This document shows positions 9,394-18,429 of a DNA stretch of 64,000 nt, one piece after another. The DNA comes from a phage: the sequence record PZ179882.1, one strand, 5' to 3'. The notes beneath the pieces are model-generated. The model ran no database searches. It was not told the origin of the DNA and was given only the letters and a program-made list of their open reading frames with translations. The position numbers were made by a program, and so were the translations under genes. How positions within the stretch are numbered: position 1 is the first letter of the stretch; the number at the start of each line of letters is the position of its first letter.

Positions 9394-11076
9394 TTAAACC
9401 ATTACAGTAAATCGACCGACTTTCTTCATTTGAAGATGCTGACCATATTCTTGCGGGTCATGGTCTTTATGCGAAATTATAAAAACATTAGTATTTTTCA
9501 TTGAATTTATAATATTAGCTACGCCTTTAATACCTTCGGCATCAAATGACCCATCAAATACTTCATCAAGAATTAATGTACTAATACTAACACCAGATAC
9601 GATAGAAGCAATATCACGCCAAGTAAATAAAAGAGCAATATCGATTCGTGCTTTTTCACCTTCACTAAATGAAGCATAACTAAAATCTTCACGACCACGG
9701 GATTTAATCGTCTCATTAAATTCTTCATCTAATGTAAACACATAATCCGCTTCCATTATTTTAAGATAATGGTTAATCTGCTTATTAAATAATGGAATGT
9801 ACTTTTTAATAATAGCGCCTTTAATACCAGAATCTTTGAGCATATCAGTCAAAATTCCTCTATGGTATTTTTCCATTACTAAATTAGTTTTTGTCTTAAC
9901 AATTTTATCAAGTTCTTCTTGAAGCAGTGCTATTTCATCAGCATGGTCAATAAACTCGGATGATGCTTTTTCTATAGCCGCTTTAACTTTTTTAGCTTTA
10001 TCTACCGTCGTAATTAAGGATTGCTTTTTATTGCGAATATCATTTGCTAACGTCTGCTGGGTTTTAATATTATCTCGGTATTCATCAACAAGAACTTTTA
10101 AATTATCACGATGTGTTGAAAGCTGTTCAAACGAATGTGTACATTCAGAAACTTTATCTTTAATTTTAGAAACAACTTTATCACCGGAACTTAATTGTGA
10201 CAAACAGGTTGGACATAATCCACCTTCGTGATACATATTAATGACTTTATTATACGAGTCAATTTTTGATTTAATTAAAAATGCTTCTTGACCGATTTTA
10301 TTAAATGCATCAGTCGGGTCTTCATCCAAAACAATATTAACTAATCTTTCATTAGCTTCTTCTATTTCCGATTTTAGCGTTCTAGCTTCTTTTGCCAAAT
10401 CGTCATACATATTCTGCAGACGAGTAAGGTTTTCACCAGACAATTTTTTCTGGCGTTCAACGTTATCATTATATATTTTAATTTGTTGGATAATACTATC
10501 TTTTTTAACATCAAGCACTTGGTTTTGTGAATTTAATTCACGTATTAGTGCTTTATTAAGCTTATCCATTTCAGCTAATGTTCCTACTTCGAGCAGGTCT
10601 TCGACAAGTTTTCTTCTTGCAGGAGTGGATAGGCCCATAAAAGGGGTATATCCAGCCGTGCCGAGTACGACGATCTGTTTGAAACTGGCGTATGACATTC
10701 CGATAAGCTGTTCAAATTCTGCTTGGAAATCTTTACTGCTGGCAGATTCATTAAGACGTGTACCGTTAACGGTGATTTCGAAAACATTTGGTTTTTGTCC
10801 TCTTTTGATATAGTACTTTTTCTCATCATATTCCATCCACAGTTCAACTAAAAGTTCTTTCTTATTTGTGCTGTTTATTAATTGACCTTTCTTTACATCA
10901 CGAAATGGCTTGCCAAAAAGCCCAAATGTGATGGCTTCTAACATAGTAGACTTACCACCACCATTTCGCCCAGTAATAAGAGTTTTTTGAACCTTATCTA
11001 ATTGAATGTCAATAGGATTTCCACCTACTGACATTATATTTTGATACCTAACTCGGTTTAGTTTAAAATTCTTCAC
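9394..11076 (-). CDS. 46: recombination nuclease subunit gp46 (Rad50/SbcC-like ATPase)
   Basis: 560 aa, Walker A TGRNGGGKST near the N-terminus, long coiled-coil middle, C-terminal signature and Walker B (LILDEVFDG). Confidence 0.93.
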   Translation of the reverse strand: MKNFKLNRVRYQNIMSVGGNPIDIQLDKVQKTLITGRNGGGKSTMLEAITFGLFGKPFRDVKKGQLINSTNKKELLVELWMEYDEKKYYIKRGQKPNVFEITVNGTRLNESASSKDFQAEFEQLIGMSYASFKQIVVLGTAGYTPFMGLSTPARRKLVEDLLEVGTLAEMDKLNKALIRELNSQNQVLDVKKDSIIQQIKIYNDNVERQKKLSGENLTRLQNMYDDLAKEARTLKSEIEEANERLVNIVLDEDPTDAFNKIGQEAFLIKSKIDSYNKVINMYHEGGLCPTCLSQLSSGDKVVSKIKDKVSECTHSFEQLSTHRDNLKVLVDEYRDNIKTQQTLANDIRNKKQSLITTVDKAKKVKAAIEKASSEFIDHADEIALLQEELDKIVKTKTNLVMEKYHRGILTDMLKDSGIKGAIIKKYIPLFNKQINHYLKIMEADYVFTLDEEFNETIKSRGREDFSYASFSEGEKARIDIALLFTWRDIASIVSGVSISTLILDEVFDGSFDAEGIKGVANIINSMKNTNVFIISHKDHDPQEYGQHLQMKKVGRFTVMV

Positions 11077-11336
11077 AAAAGATTCCTTTTAATGTATCTT
11101 TTAGACCATTCTATCATATCATCATAATCTAAAAAGTATTCATCAAATTCAGCCATGCAAACAACACCTTGCGCTGCTTTTGATGTGATATAAATTATTC
11201 CAACATATCTAGAATCTTCTTCGGTGTAATCAATATTTGCTATGAATTCATCGTTAATGTCAAATGTCGAAAACTTCACAGTATGCATCCTTAATACAAG
11301 ATACAGCCATATCTTGTAATGATTTAGGTGTGTCAT
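11073..11336 (-). CDS. hypothetical protein (46.1-like)
   Basis: 87 aa ORF; true start may be an internal Met because the ORF overlaps the next gene. Confidence 0.4.
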   Translation of the reverse strand: MTHLNHYKIWLYLVLRMHTVKFSTFDINDEFIANIDYTEEDSRYVGIIYITSKAAQGVVCMAEFDEYFLDYDDMIEWSKRYIKRNLL

Positions 11337-11523
11337 TATCTAAAATGTTGAAGTTAAAAGATACAGCCCAGTCAGTGCAGACTGTAACCTTTTTAATACA
11401 ATTATCTTCAACCTCTAGCGGTTCAAACCAATATTCAATAATTTCTTTATGCCCAATATCATCTTTTACTTCGCATTCAAAATGCTGACTCATCATAACA
11501 TTTTTAAATTCATCAAAAGTCAT
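11260..11523 (-). CDS. hypothetical protein (46.2-like)
   Basis: 87 aa ORF between 46 and 47. Confidence 0.4.
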   Translation of the reverse strand: MTFDEFKNVMMSQHFECEVKDDIGHKEIIEYWFEPLEVEDNCIKKVTVCTDWAVSFNFNILDNDTPKSLQDMAVSCIKDAYCEVFDI

Positions 11524-12539
11524 TGTGTTGCCTCTACATATAACTGATTTGCATATTGAATAAGTGCTTCACGGTCAGAATCAGTGATGTCTGGAATTGC
11601 ATTAATGTATTCTTCCATCAACGTCTGAAGAGATTGAACTTCAACTTCTTCACTGTCATCTGACTCGACAGAGTTATCAATCTTTGACACAACTCGTAAT
11701 GAATGCACAACTTTTTCTAGTTCAGATTCGAACTTCGTTAGATTTTTGTCTACTTCAGTTACTATAACACGTACTGATAGATTTGTAAAATCTTTATAGT
11801 CAATTTTTCCTTTAAATGGATAATGAATTCTACGATGCCAGGTAGTGTTGTTTGGAATAAATTCCATTCGTTCTGTTTCTGTATCAAACATCCAGAACCC
11901 ACGAGGGTCATTCTCGTCACCTGCAGTTAGTGTCCATGGTGTCCCAATATATCTGACGTTAGCAGCCTCAGAGATAGTATGGAAGTGACCAGACCACACC
12001 TCTTTATAAGTCTTAAGGAAATCAGGTTCAAGACCGTGAGATTTCATTCCTTTATAAAAATAAAATCCATTCAGCTCCCAGTGACCGACACAAAAAGAAG
12101 CAGATGAAGTTTTGATGTGTTCAAGAATTTCACCAGTATTTTCTTCACACATCCAAGGAATTAAATCAATCAAACATCCGTCAAAATCTACTGTAGTAGG
12201 CTTATCATATACTTTAACATTAGGATATTTAGCCAAAAGTTCAGTAGAAGCATTTGGAGTTAAAGTATTTTTAAAGTGCATATCATGGTTTCCTACAACA
12301 GTATGTAGGGTAATACCAGCATCATCAAGCATTTGAACTATTTCACGAGCGAACTCCATAGTTTTATGTGTGATTGCTTTTCGCACATCAAAAATATCGC
12401 CATATTGAATCCATGTAGTAATTCCATTTTTCTTAGAATATTCTATTGCTTGTTTAATTCCATCCAACTGAATGGATTGAACCCACTCATCATCGGCTTT
12501 AACACCTAAATGCCAATCACCTAAATTTAAAATTTTCAT
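11520..12539 (-). CDS. 47: recombination nuclease subunit gp47 (Mre11/SbcD-like phosphoesterase)
   Basis: 339 aa; N-terminal MKILNLGDWHLG metallophosphatase motif, GNHD motif. Confidence 0.93.
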   Translation of the reverse strand: MKILNLGDWHLGVKADDEWVQSIQLDGIKQAIEYSKKNGITTWIQYGDIFDVRKAITHKTMEFAREIVQMLDDAGITLHTVVGNHDMHFKNTLTPNASTELLAKYPNVKVYDKPTTVDFDGCLIDLIPWMCEENTGEILEHIKTSSASFCVGHWELNGFYFYKGMKSHGLEPDFLKTYKEVWSGHFHTISEAANVRYIGTPWTLTAGDENDPRGFWMFDTETERMEFIPNNTTWHRRIHYPFKGKIDYKDFTNLSVRVIVTEVDKNLTKFESELEKVVHSLRVVSKIDNSVESDDSEEVEVQSLQTLMEEYINAIPDITDSDREALIQYANQLYVEATQ

Positions 12540-12699
12540 ATATCAAGAACCGTCATTGAAATGCAAAATAAAATTATTGAAATAAATCCATCTGGAGTAC
12601 TAAAGAATCCAATCCAACATGCTCTAGTGAATAGATAAAACGCTAGAAAAAGTATCACATATCCAAGAAATATCATTATATCAAACTCCGTATAAAGCT

Positions 12700-12716
12700 A
12701 AAGGGCCGAAGCCCTT
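12700..12716 (-). terminator. CUUCGG hairpin at the a-gt stop codon
   Basis: Plus strand aaagggccgaagcccttt. Confidence 0.4.
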
Positions 12717-13918
12717 TATTTTGTAATAATGTCAAACTGTTCTTTAAAGCAGAAGCTTGAATCTTGATGCTGATACAAAAATTCATAAGCTTTTTCGCGT
12801 TCGCGATCATAAAGAGCTCGGTCAGATGACAGTTCTTTAATACGTTCAAATGTTGATTCCATGTCATTTTCATCAAACCAAACGATACCGCTATCGTGTG
12901 AAATTAATGGAGTATTATCAACACGGAATTTTAAATTTTCGCCAGTAGATTTCCAAAATACTGGAATTGTTCCACATGCACCAAGCTCGAGATGAGTGTA
13001 TTCTAAAGAACGCTGTAGATATTTTTTGTCCAACTTACTCAGCTGATAACCAAATCCGGATTTACTCATGCGTTCAAGCATTTCGCTATTTACATAACGG
13101 TCGAGAATTTGCGTTGGCAAATTAGGAGCAATTTTAATTTGGTCTACTTGATGAAGACGATAATACTCGTATGGAATTCCTTTTTCTTTAATAGGAATGA
13201 ATGCTGGAGAACGTTCCAGACCTTCCATAATAGTACTTAGTCCTGCAGGTTTAAGATGTTTTTCATGAAAATCAAACATCTGATAAAAGCCTTTCCATGT
13301 AGTAGTACGACCAATCCAACGGTTGATATTCATGTTAATTTCAGAAACATCTTTCCAGTAGGTTGATCGAACCTTCGCAATATCCATAGGAGGCTGAAAG
13401 TTATATACGGTCGGTGCTTCTTCAATATCATCAAACAGAGAAACAGTTTCCGGATACCATTCTTTCATCAAAACTTTATTAAAGTCACCATTATCAGAAT
13501 GGCTAAAAATAACATCAGCTCGACGAACAGTTTCTTCTAATCCCAAATTTCGACGCAAAGAAAGAGAAGAATGGTCATGCTGATAAACTACAACACGAAC
13601 CGAAGGTTTAATGTTATCAATAATTTTTTTATAGTTATTAATGGTGTCTTCTTCTACTGAAGTAGCAGGAACTGAATTGATAATTAAAATATCGCAATCA
13701 TTTACCAGTTTAAGTGTTTTATCGTATTCTTTTGCCAATAAAACCGGAATTGAAAATGACTTATAATCATGTGCGCAATTACGAGTAAATGATTTATCTT
13801 TAGCATAAACCAAAGTTACTTCATGACCATTTTTAATAAACCAATCACGTTGCTCAAGAGAAAATTTAGTTACACCGCAACCTTCAAGACCTCGAGCCAT
13901 AAAAATACATACTTTCAT
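12716..13918 (-). CDS. a-gt: DNA alpha-glucosyltransferase
   Basis: 400 aa starting MKVCIFMARGLEGCGVTKFSLEQRDWFIKNGHEVT (Rossmann-like GT-B start); size and position match T4 a-gt. Confidence 0.85.
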   Translation of the reverse strand: MKVCIFMARGLEGCGVTKFSLEQRDWFIKNGHEVTLVYAKDKSFTRNCAHDYKSFSIPVLLAKEYDKTLKLVNDCDILIINSVPATSVEEDTINNYKKIIDNIKPSVRVVVYQHDHSSLSLRRNLGLEETVRRADVIFSHSDNGDFNKVLMKEWYPETVSLFDDIEEAPTVYNFQPPMDIAKVRSTYWKDVSEINMNINRWIGRTTTWKGFYQMFDFHEKHLKPAGLSTIMEGLERSPAFIPIKEKGIPYEYYRLHQVDQIKIAPNLPTQILDRYVNSEMLERMSKSGFGYQLSKLDKKYLQRSLEYTHLELGACGTIPVFWKSTGENLKFRVDNTPLISHDSGIVWFDENDMESTFERIKELSSDRALYDREREKAYEFLYQHQDSSFCFKEQFDIITK

Positions 13919-13969
13919 TTAATATCCTCATTGTTTTGGTTTATTTTACCAAAAATTTATAAAGCAATA

Positions 13970-13988
13970 TAGGAGCCGAAGCTCCTAT
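13970..13988 (-). terminator. CUUCGG hairpin upstream of a-gt
   Basis: Plus strand taggagccgaagctccta, U-rich tract follows on the minus strand. Confidence 0.4.
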
Positions 13989-14161
13989 CCGCATAATACG
14001 CCATACAGAGGCTCATTAGAGCTTCTAAATTTTATACGCTTATATGTTATAGTTCCTTCTGCTTTAGCTTTATCATGAGACTCTTTAAAGTGTCTCATCA
14101 TTTCTACTTTAGAGGAACGAATTTTATTATAATCTATTTCAGAAGTCTGGGTGTTCATCTT

Positions 14162-14368
14162 TCACAGTTGCCACCATTTTTTGACTTGATAAGAATCAAC
14201 CCACACTTTCATATTAGGGTCTGCTCTTACAATAGGAGGATTAACTTCTTTGATTGAACTATCATGGTATTCTTTTTCAGAAATTTTCACGCAAAGATGA
14301 CCATTCAAAGATTCAGTAAATCCTGCATTAATTTTAAGACGCTTGAATTTTACGTGTGTAAGCATCAA
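14162..14368 (-). CDS. hypothetical protein
   Basis: 68 aa ORF; its start overlaps the end of the next ORF by about 30 nt, so the true start may be internal. Confidence 0.3.
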   Translation of the reverse strand: MMLTHVKFKRLKINAGFTESLNGHLCVKISEKEYHDSSIKEVNPPIVRADPNMKVWVDSYQVKKWWQL

Positions 14369-14651
14369 TCATATCCTCAATCTGCGATCTAGTAGTCTTC
14401 CAAAGAATACTAATGAGTTCATCGTTATATGGCTGTTTTAGAATATCCCGACTTTTCTTGATAGCATATTCGTATTGAGCAAAATTATTGTTTTCAGCTG
14501 CAATCTGAGCGTGTTTATAAAGACGGTTCAGTTCGCGTTTATTTTTAGACAATAACTTATTTGCTTTTCTTTCTGCTTCAAGACGGTTCTTTTCTTCAAT
14601 AGAAGAAATAAGCTTTTCCACTTCATCATTAATTTCGGGTTTATCAGTCAT
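14334..14651 (-). CDS. hypothetical coiled-coil protein
   Basis: 105 aa, charged helical sequence. Confidence 0.45.
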   Translation of the reverse strand: MTDKPEINDEVEKLISSIEEKNRLEAERKANKLLSKNKRELNRLYKHAQIAAENNNFAQYEYAIKKSRDILKQPYNDELISILWKTTRSQIEDMIDAYTRKIQAS

Positions 14652-14652
14652 A

Positions 14653-14871
14653 TTATTTCTCTAATATAAAATAAAAATCATCATCTGTTAAATGATACCG
14701 ATAGTTTAATTCTACACCATTAGATTTAAAAGCGGTATCATACGGATTTTCTGGATCAATATCAATGTCAAGAGCTAAAACTTCCCTGAGATACATTTTA
14801 AGTAAATAGGGAATAGCTTCAACTTCAGGTATTTCTTCCAAGAATCCGGAGAGGTTAATCGTTAGCCTCAT
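14653..14871 (-). CDS. hypothetical protein
   Basis: 72 aa ORF immediately downstream of gene 55. Confidence 0.45.
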
Positions 14872-15412
14872 ATAAAAAATCCAAACTAGGAGAATCGTCT
14901 ACAACACTTTTCTTTTCAGCCCCCGGTGTTCTATAGGTTGATTCTTCGTAATGCGTCATTTTATCGTAGATGTCTTGAATAAAAGTTTCATCTACTAACG
15001 CAACCATATCGTCGTCACGACTGTCATAGACATTGTGAACGAAGTAACTGTATTTCTTTGCAACTTCCTTACGTTCTTTTTTAATACGTTGGACGAATGC
15101 ATTAAAACAAGCTTGAGTTATATATGCATGCGGGTTTTTATATTTCGTTTCATCAAAATTATGAAGCCCCTTAATAGAAGCTTCTATACCATCTGCAATC
15201 ATTTCTTGTTTCCAAGACTGGGTGTATCCTGAAAAGTTGAAACGTTTAGATAAGCCTTCTGCAATAAGCATAATGGCTAATCCGATGGTATCATTCTGAC
15301 GAACTACTTTATTTGGGTCTTTATTATTTGCTAATTCTGTTTTCCAATCAATAATAGCTTGTAAAAGCTCTTTATTGTTTACGTAATTATATTTAGGCTT
15401 AGTTTCTGACAT
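14855..15412 (-). CDS. 55: late-transcription sigma factor gp55
   Basis: Internal start [33 protein letters not shown] matches recalled T4 gp55; 185 aa. Confidence 0.92.
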
Positions 15413-15490
15413 TTTCACCTCTTAGCTCAATTCATAGATCTATTATATCATAATATTTGAAGATCTATCTTAAAGCATAGAGGATATCAG

Positions 15491-15760
15491 TTATCTAAGT
15501 AAACAGTATGCTTGGAACACTTTCTCCATCATCTTTTTAAATTCATGAATATCTATGTAATGACTAGTTAAATCAGCATGATATAAAAAGTCTAAAAACT
15601 TTTCATGTGTGCTAACATATTCACTTTCATTTAATTCAGAAACATGGCTTTCCCAATATCCAACACCAGTCTTATTTGGGAAAAATGAAATTTTCATATA
15701 TTGGTCAACATAGAAAATTCCATAATTTTCAATAGTAATAGAAATATTAATAAATTTCAT
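15491..15760 (-). CDS. hypothetical protein
   Basis: 89 aa ORF in the 55 to nrdH interval. Confidence 0.4.
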   Translation of the reverse strand: MKFINISITIENYGIFYVDQYMKISFFPNKTGVGYWESHVSELNESEYVSTHEKFLDFLYHADLTSHYIDIHEFKKMMEKVFQAYCLLR

Positions 15761-15972
15761 ACATTCATCAACTTAGCCGCTTCAAGAGCTGCATCTAGTG
15801 AATCAAATTGGTCAACGTATTCAATCAATTCGCCATAATTAGCGTATAACCACCATTGGCTAAATTCATACTCAAGGATGAATCCATTTCCTTCAATTTG
15901 AGTTAAACCAATGCCATTTGTATTTACTTCATATCCAGCAAGACGCAAATCGTTAATAAGAGCTTCGTTCAT
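15757..15972 (-). CDS. hypothetical protein
   Basis: 71 aa ORF, tight 4-nt overlap with neighbours. Confidence 0.4.
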   Translation of the reverse strand: MNEALINDLRLAGYEVNTNGIGLTQIEGNGFILEYEFSQWWLYANYGELIEYVDQFDSLDAALEAAKLMNV

Positions 15973-15974
15973 AA

Positions 15975-16301
15975 TTATACCTTAGTAATTTTCAGGTCTG
16001 CAAATTTTTTCTTACGTTGATTTTTCATGCGACGAATAGTTTTATCGGAAATTTCATGCTTTTGATAAGCTTTAGATTCTACACCAAAAGCTTTAACATC
16101 AAATTCTGACAAGATATATTGAACCAACAATTCACGGACAGTATTGCGTCCAATCTTCTGATCATTCTGTTTCATCATCTGATGAAGCTCTTTTTCCCAT
16201 TTATCCAAAATTTGAGGAGTTACAATATCGCCTTTTTCTAGCAAAGAAACTACTTTATCATATGCGTAAGAATTGATGGCGTTTTTAATTTGAATAGTCA
16301 T
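15975..16301 (-). CDS. hypothetical protein
   Basis: 108 aa basic protein. Confidence 0.45.
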   Translation of the reverse strand: MTIQIKNAINSYAYDKVVSLLEKGDIVTPQILDKWEKELHQMMKQNDQKIGRNTVRELLVQYILSEFDVKAFGVESKAYQKHEISDKTIRRMKNQRKKKFADLKITKV

Positions 16302-16340
16302 ACATTATCCTCAATTACGTTAAAATTTTATTATCCAAAA

Positions 16341-16355
16341 AGGGCCGAAGCCCTT
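16341..16355 (-). terminator. CUUCGG hairpin with U-tract
   Basis: Plus strand agggccgaagccct preceded by aaaaa; minus strand gives hairpin then UUUUU. Confidence 0.5.
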
Positions 16356-16554
16356 AGCTAAACTTTTTGGCACCCTTCCAGCCTTCGTACATCATTGCGG
16401 CTGATATTAATATTGCCCCTGAACAGCTTGAATATTTGTGATTCCAAAACCAGTTCAGAAAAACTTCGTCATCAATACCTTGGGCTATCATATTTTCAAA
16501 GAACTGACGACGAGCTTCGGCAATTCGTTGTGATAATTTAGATTCAGGATTCAT
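16354..16554 (-). CDS. hypothetical protein
   Basis: 66 aa ORF. Confidence 0.4.
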   Translation of the reverse strand: MNPESKLSQRIAEARRQFFENMIAQGIDDEVFLNWFWNHKYSSCSGAILISAAMMYEGWKGAKKFS

Positions 16555-16770
16555 TTAAATTTTCCAGTTACCATTTTCATCAATGAATTTAATCCAGTCA
16601 TTTACTGACCACTTGGTCGTATCGCCTTTTGGAGCAACATTTAAAGTGTATAATCCTTGTTTAAAAAGCATTCGTTTGATATTCATATTTTCCTCAGCTG
16701 TAACGATAGCACTCGTTTGATTTACGCTTAGCAACTCGTTGAGAAGTATTGTAATCAAAATCATCGTCAA
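16555..16770 (-). CDS. hypothetical protein
   Basis: 71 aa ORF. Confidence 0.4.
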   Translation of the reverse strand: MTMILITILLNELLSVNQTSAIVTAEENMNIKRMLFKQGLYTLNVAPKGDTTKWSVNDWIKFIDENGNWKI

Positions 16771-16979
16771 TGTAAACTGATTTTTTCAACTTTCTTACTT
16801 CACCACGTAATTGACGATTTAACTCATCTTTAACTTCTGAATCAATGCCTTTCATTCTACGCCATTTATCAGAGCGAAAAATGTTTTCAACCATATCTTT
16901 ATGACTTACACCATCAGGAGCTTTACGCTTTCCGAAATAGTCATAATCACGTACTTTTAAATCTTTACGACGATACGTT

Positions 16980-17162
16980 TTACCCATGGAGTTTAATTTC
17001 CTTAGCAACTGAACTAAATACAGCACGGTCACAAATCATCTGTTTATGTAACTTAAGTATAAGATAATAAACTTCAAAACCGTTTACATAAGTAACACGA
17101 ACAACATTACCATTAATAAAATAATATTGTCCCTTTTTAATTTCTTTATCAACCACAACCAT
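16980..17162 (-). CDS. hypothetical protein
   Basis: 60 aa ORF directly downstream of an early promoter. Confidence 0.4.
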   Translation of the reverse strand: MVVVDKEIKKGQYYFINGNVVRVTYVNGFEVYYLILKLHKQMICDRAVFSSVAKEIKLHG

Positions 17163-17191
17163 ATCAAATCCTCAAAGGCAATTCATATGTT

Positions 17192-17221
17192 AATAATACC
17201 ACAGTTTGAACTTCTTGTAAA
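17192..17221 (-). promoter_or_regulatory. T4-type early promoter
   Basis: Minus strand GTTTACA, 17 nt, TATTAT. Confidence 0.5.
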
Positions 17222-17320
17222 CAACTTTGTGAAAATTATTTTAGGGAATGATAAGAAGGGAACGATAGCTTAGAATGGTAATATACAGAATGTGAGAAAG
17301 AAGGACCCAGAGGGCCCGTC

Positions 17321-17629
17321 TTAGTCTTCTATGATATCTCTATCATATCCAAGTGAAATGAGAGTTTCTTTGAAATGTTTAATGTTCTTTTGTCTAGAAT
17401 CATTAATGAAAATGACTGGATAACGAATGTTAAGAGATGTGAATCCAGCGCGTTTAGCAAGAGATACAATCAGTGGACGATCATACTCAATCTTACCGTT
17501 ATTTGTAAGAACTTTATAGAAAGTAAAAGGAGCATTGAGCTCCTTTAGAAGTTTTGTAACTGATTGACATCCAGGACAACGACCTACTTCATCTGGAATT
17601 CCATAGACTTCAATCTTATTTTGTTTCAC
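17321..17629 (-). CDS. nrdH: glutaredoxin-like protein NrdH
   Basis: 102 aa with CPGC redox motif near the N-terminus. Confidence 0.8.
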   Translation of the reverse strand: MKQNKIEVYGIPDEVGRCPGCQSVTKLLKELNAPFTFYKVLTNNGKIEYDRPLIVSLAKRAGFTSLNIRYPVIFINDSRQKNIKHFKETLISLGYDRDIIED

Positions 17630-17631
17630 AA

Positions 17632-17844
17632 CTATTCCTTACTGAGAGCAGCATTCAGCTTATTAGTAATTTTATCCAGACGCTCATTGAACTCACTAGA
17701 AGATAGTCCTTTTTCTGGAGAAATCAAACTAATCACGAAAAATATAGCAATAAAAGGAATAAGGAAAATAGCTCCAACTGCCATAAACAAAAAGAATGTT
17801 ACGGTTGTAAGAAAATCAGCTAAACCTTTACGAAATTTATACAT
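17632..17844 (-). CDS. small membrane protein
   Basis: 70 aa with one long hydrophobic segment. Confidence 0.45.
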   Translation of the reverse strand: MYKFRKGLADFLTTVTFFLFMAVGAIFLIPFIAIFFVISLISPEKGLSSSEFNERLDKITNKLNAALSKE

Positions 17845-17958
17845 ATTTACCCTTAATTGATTAACAAAGCATTGATAAGCACTAAACTATATTGCGAATA
17901 AAATTCTGGACCAAAATGAAAAATCATATCATTTATAGTGTCCATAATATAATTCAAT

Positions 17959-18429
17959 TTAATCATGTTTCCACACCCCATCGGTATTTGACCAAAGTCG
18001 CTGATTATCTGATCCTCGCCACAGCTTTTTGGTCGGAAGATTTTTCTCATACTTCCCATCAATAATAACATCAACATATTTAAGCATTTCTAGTTGTTTA
18101 ATATCTTCAAATTTATATCCTGTCCACAACCAAATGCTTTTATTGGGATAAAGATTTTTTACTGTTTGAACAATGCAATGAACAACATCTCGGTTATCAG
18201 GATAGAGAGGGTCTCCTCCAGTTATAGTTAATCCTTCTATATAATCATTATTCAAACATTCAATTAATTGTTCTAGTGTTTCACCAGTGAATGGAACGCC
18301 ATTTCTAGCGTTCCATGTTGATTTATTATAACACCCTTCACATTTATGCAAACAACCTGTAACGAAAAGAACGACCCTGCATCCAGGGCCATTCACAAAA
18401 TCGCAAGGATAAAATCTATCATAATTCAT
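17959..18429 (-). CDS. nrdG: anaerobic ribonucleotide reductase activating protein (radical SAM)
   Basis: 156 aa; GCLHKCEGCYN radical-SAM cysteine motif. Confidence 0.9.
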   Translation of the reverse strand: MNYDRFYPCDFVNGPGCRVVLFVTGCLHKCEGCYNKSTWNARNGVPFTGETLEQLIECLNNDYIEGLTITGGDPLYPDNRDVVHCIVQTVKNLYPNKSIWLWTGYKFEDIKQLEMLKYVDVIIDGKYEKNLPTKKLWRGSDNQRLWSNTDGVWKHD